A DNA stretch of 63,983 nucleotides, counting the filler, from Octopus bimaculoides (lineage: Eukaryota), in NCBI RefSeq assembly GCF_001194135.2. It is 6 parts of 6 records of this genome, joined end to end, with 100 filler letters (N's around TTAATTAATTAA, not from the genome) between each part and the next. Parts side by side here need not be neighbours in the genome. Positions count along the whole stretch, not along the records: positions 62,443 to 63,983 come from NC_069006.1; 5 more parts are not named here. One strand, 5' to 3'. Of the stretch, positions 62,894 to 63,983 are shown in pieces. The notes under the pieces are model-generated. The model was not told where the DNA came from and made no database searches. It saw only the letters and a program-made list of their open reading frames with translations. The position numbers and the translations under genes were made by a program. The first letter of the stretch is position 1; every line of letters starts with the position of its first letter.

Positions 62894-63308
62894 GTTGTAA
62901 AGTTCCAGCCTGCACCAGGAAATCCATATGTGAAACCAGCTATCTTGGTTGAAGGAACAATTCTGCAGGTAATAGACAAGTTTGTCTACCTGGGCAGCAC
63001 ATTCAGCCGTTCTTGCTCTCTGGAAGAGGAAATATCTTTCAGGTTGCAGAGAGCAACTAATTCATTCCGGTCTCTTCAGTCTCGTGTCTGGTCCCAGCAT
63101 GGCATCGCAAGGCAAACAAAAGTTGCTGTGTACCGTGCATGTGTACTGACATCGCTCCTCTACTCATGTGAGACATGGACTCTGTACAAACATCAGGTAA
63201 GGGTCCTTGAACGCTTTCATCAGAGATGTCTCAGACACATTCTCAATGTTGGCTAGACCTCAAAAATTCCAGACACACAGGTCCTGAGGACAGCTGATAT
63301 CTTGAGTA
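62894..63308 (+). pseudogene. RTE (BovB-like) LINE ORF, immediately upstream segment, inverted
   Basis: FQPAPG...LQVIDKFVYLGSTFS..CSLEEEISFRLQRA..FRSL..RVW...GI..QTKVAVYRACVLTSLLYSCETWTLY....LERFHQRCLRHIL; ends ...ADILS. Confidence 0.88.
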
Positions 63309-63983
63309 CATTCATACATACACATACACACAGTATATTTATTACCAACTGCTTGCTGAATGACCGGGCTGTAGGGTCGTTGTGCGAATTTTAAATATTT
63401 TACAGACACTACTTAAACAATGTGACCTCTTGCGCAAGTGTCTTCTACTCTACTTGAACTCAGTCCAGTGGTGCAGCAAGTATCAGAACACAACTTCCTA
63501 TGTATGTATGTACACGAGGGTGTACTTCAAATTTACAGAAAACGAATGATGAAGATGGGAGTGGAAACAAGCAGTTGGCAAGAAGTATACTAATTTCTCC
63601 AAATCACTTTGCTTTTAAAACCCACCCTACAACTTAATTACCATTCCACTCAGACCCACATCCCCAAAGAAGATTTCAACAGACACTATATAATAGTAAG
63701 ATTAACTCGATTGCATTGCAGTCTGTTGGCTTTGTGGGGCAAAACTTCAAGGAGGTCACTGTCAATAATATTCTTGTTGCAGAATGATAATAAATACATA
63801 TAAGGCACACCACTAATGCCATCTGCTTGCTCAATGACCAGTCAGATGGTTAGCAGGTGCCAACATTAAACCTTTTATACTAAAACCACTACTTGAATTC
63901 TATGTCCTGTAGTGTGGTGGGTATAAGAACACATCTTTCTATGTATATGTATATTTGAATAATAGTAAGATTAACTCGATTGC

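Noticed and set aside
58100-63983. Upstream Dbx homeobox exon
   Set aside because: Searched by eye for helix 1-2 (..RRAVFS..QR..LE..F..QKYI..) and did not find it; likely beyond the window or in a gap.

Overview
AT-rich, microsatellite- and SINE-dense animal genomic DNA with many assembly gaps. The repeat landscape resembles an octopus/coleoid cephalopod genome; this is an inference, not verified. Two real protein-coding genes are visible, both on the minus strand and both cut by the window edges. One is the first coding exon of a cytosolic HSP90 (400->1, ATG directly after a splice acceptor, with a candidate non-coding exon 1 near 6.2 kb and heat-shock elements at 5.85-5.9 kb). The other is the terminal exon of a Dbx homeobox gene (58095->57775). 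The ~50 kb between them is a transposon graveyard: several tRNA-derived SINE families, RTE/R4/Tx1/CR1-like LINE fragments, piggyBac, Helitron and Gypsy fossils, a solo LTR and MITEs. The most interesting signal is a set of type I hammerhead ribozyme (HHR) motifs. A well-formed HHR sits inside a 305-bp unit bounded by 33-bp direct repeats (retrozyme/circRNA-like, 25892-26229). Minimal HHRs lie at 14347-14382 (-) and 22197-22239 (+), and a core variant at ~49002-49036. Three long near-perfect palindromes are present: two are centred on an HHR or HHR half, and one on a tRNA-like core. An RTE LINE with a twin-priming-type inversion is also present. Most ORFs in the supplied track are low-complexity or N-gap artefacts. 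Coordinates of decayed repeats are approximate.
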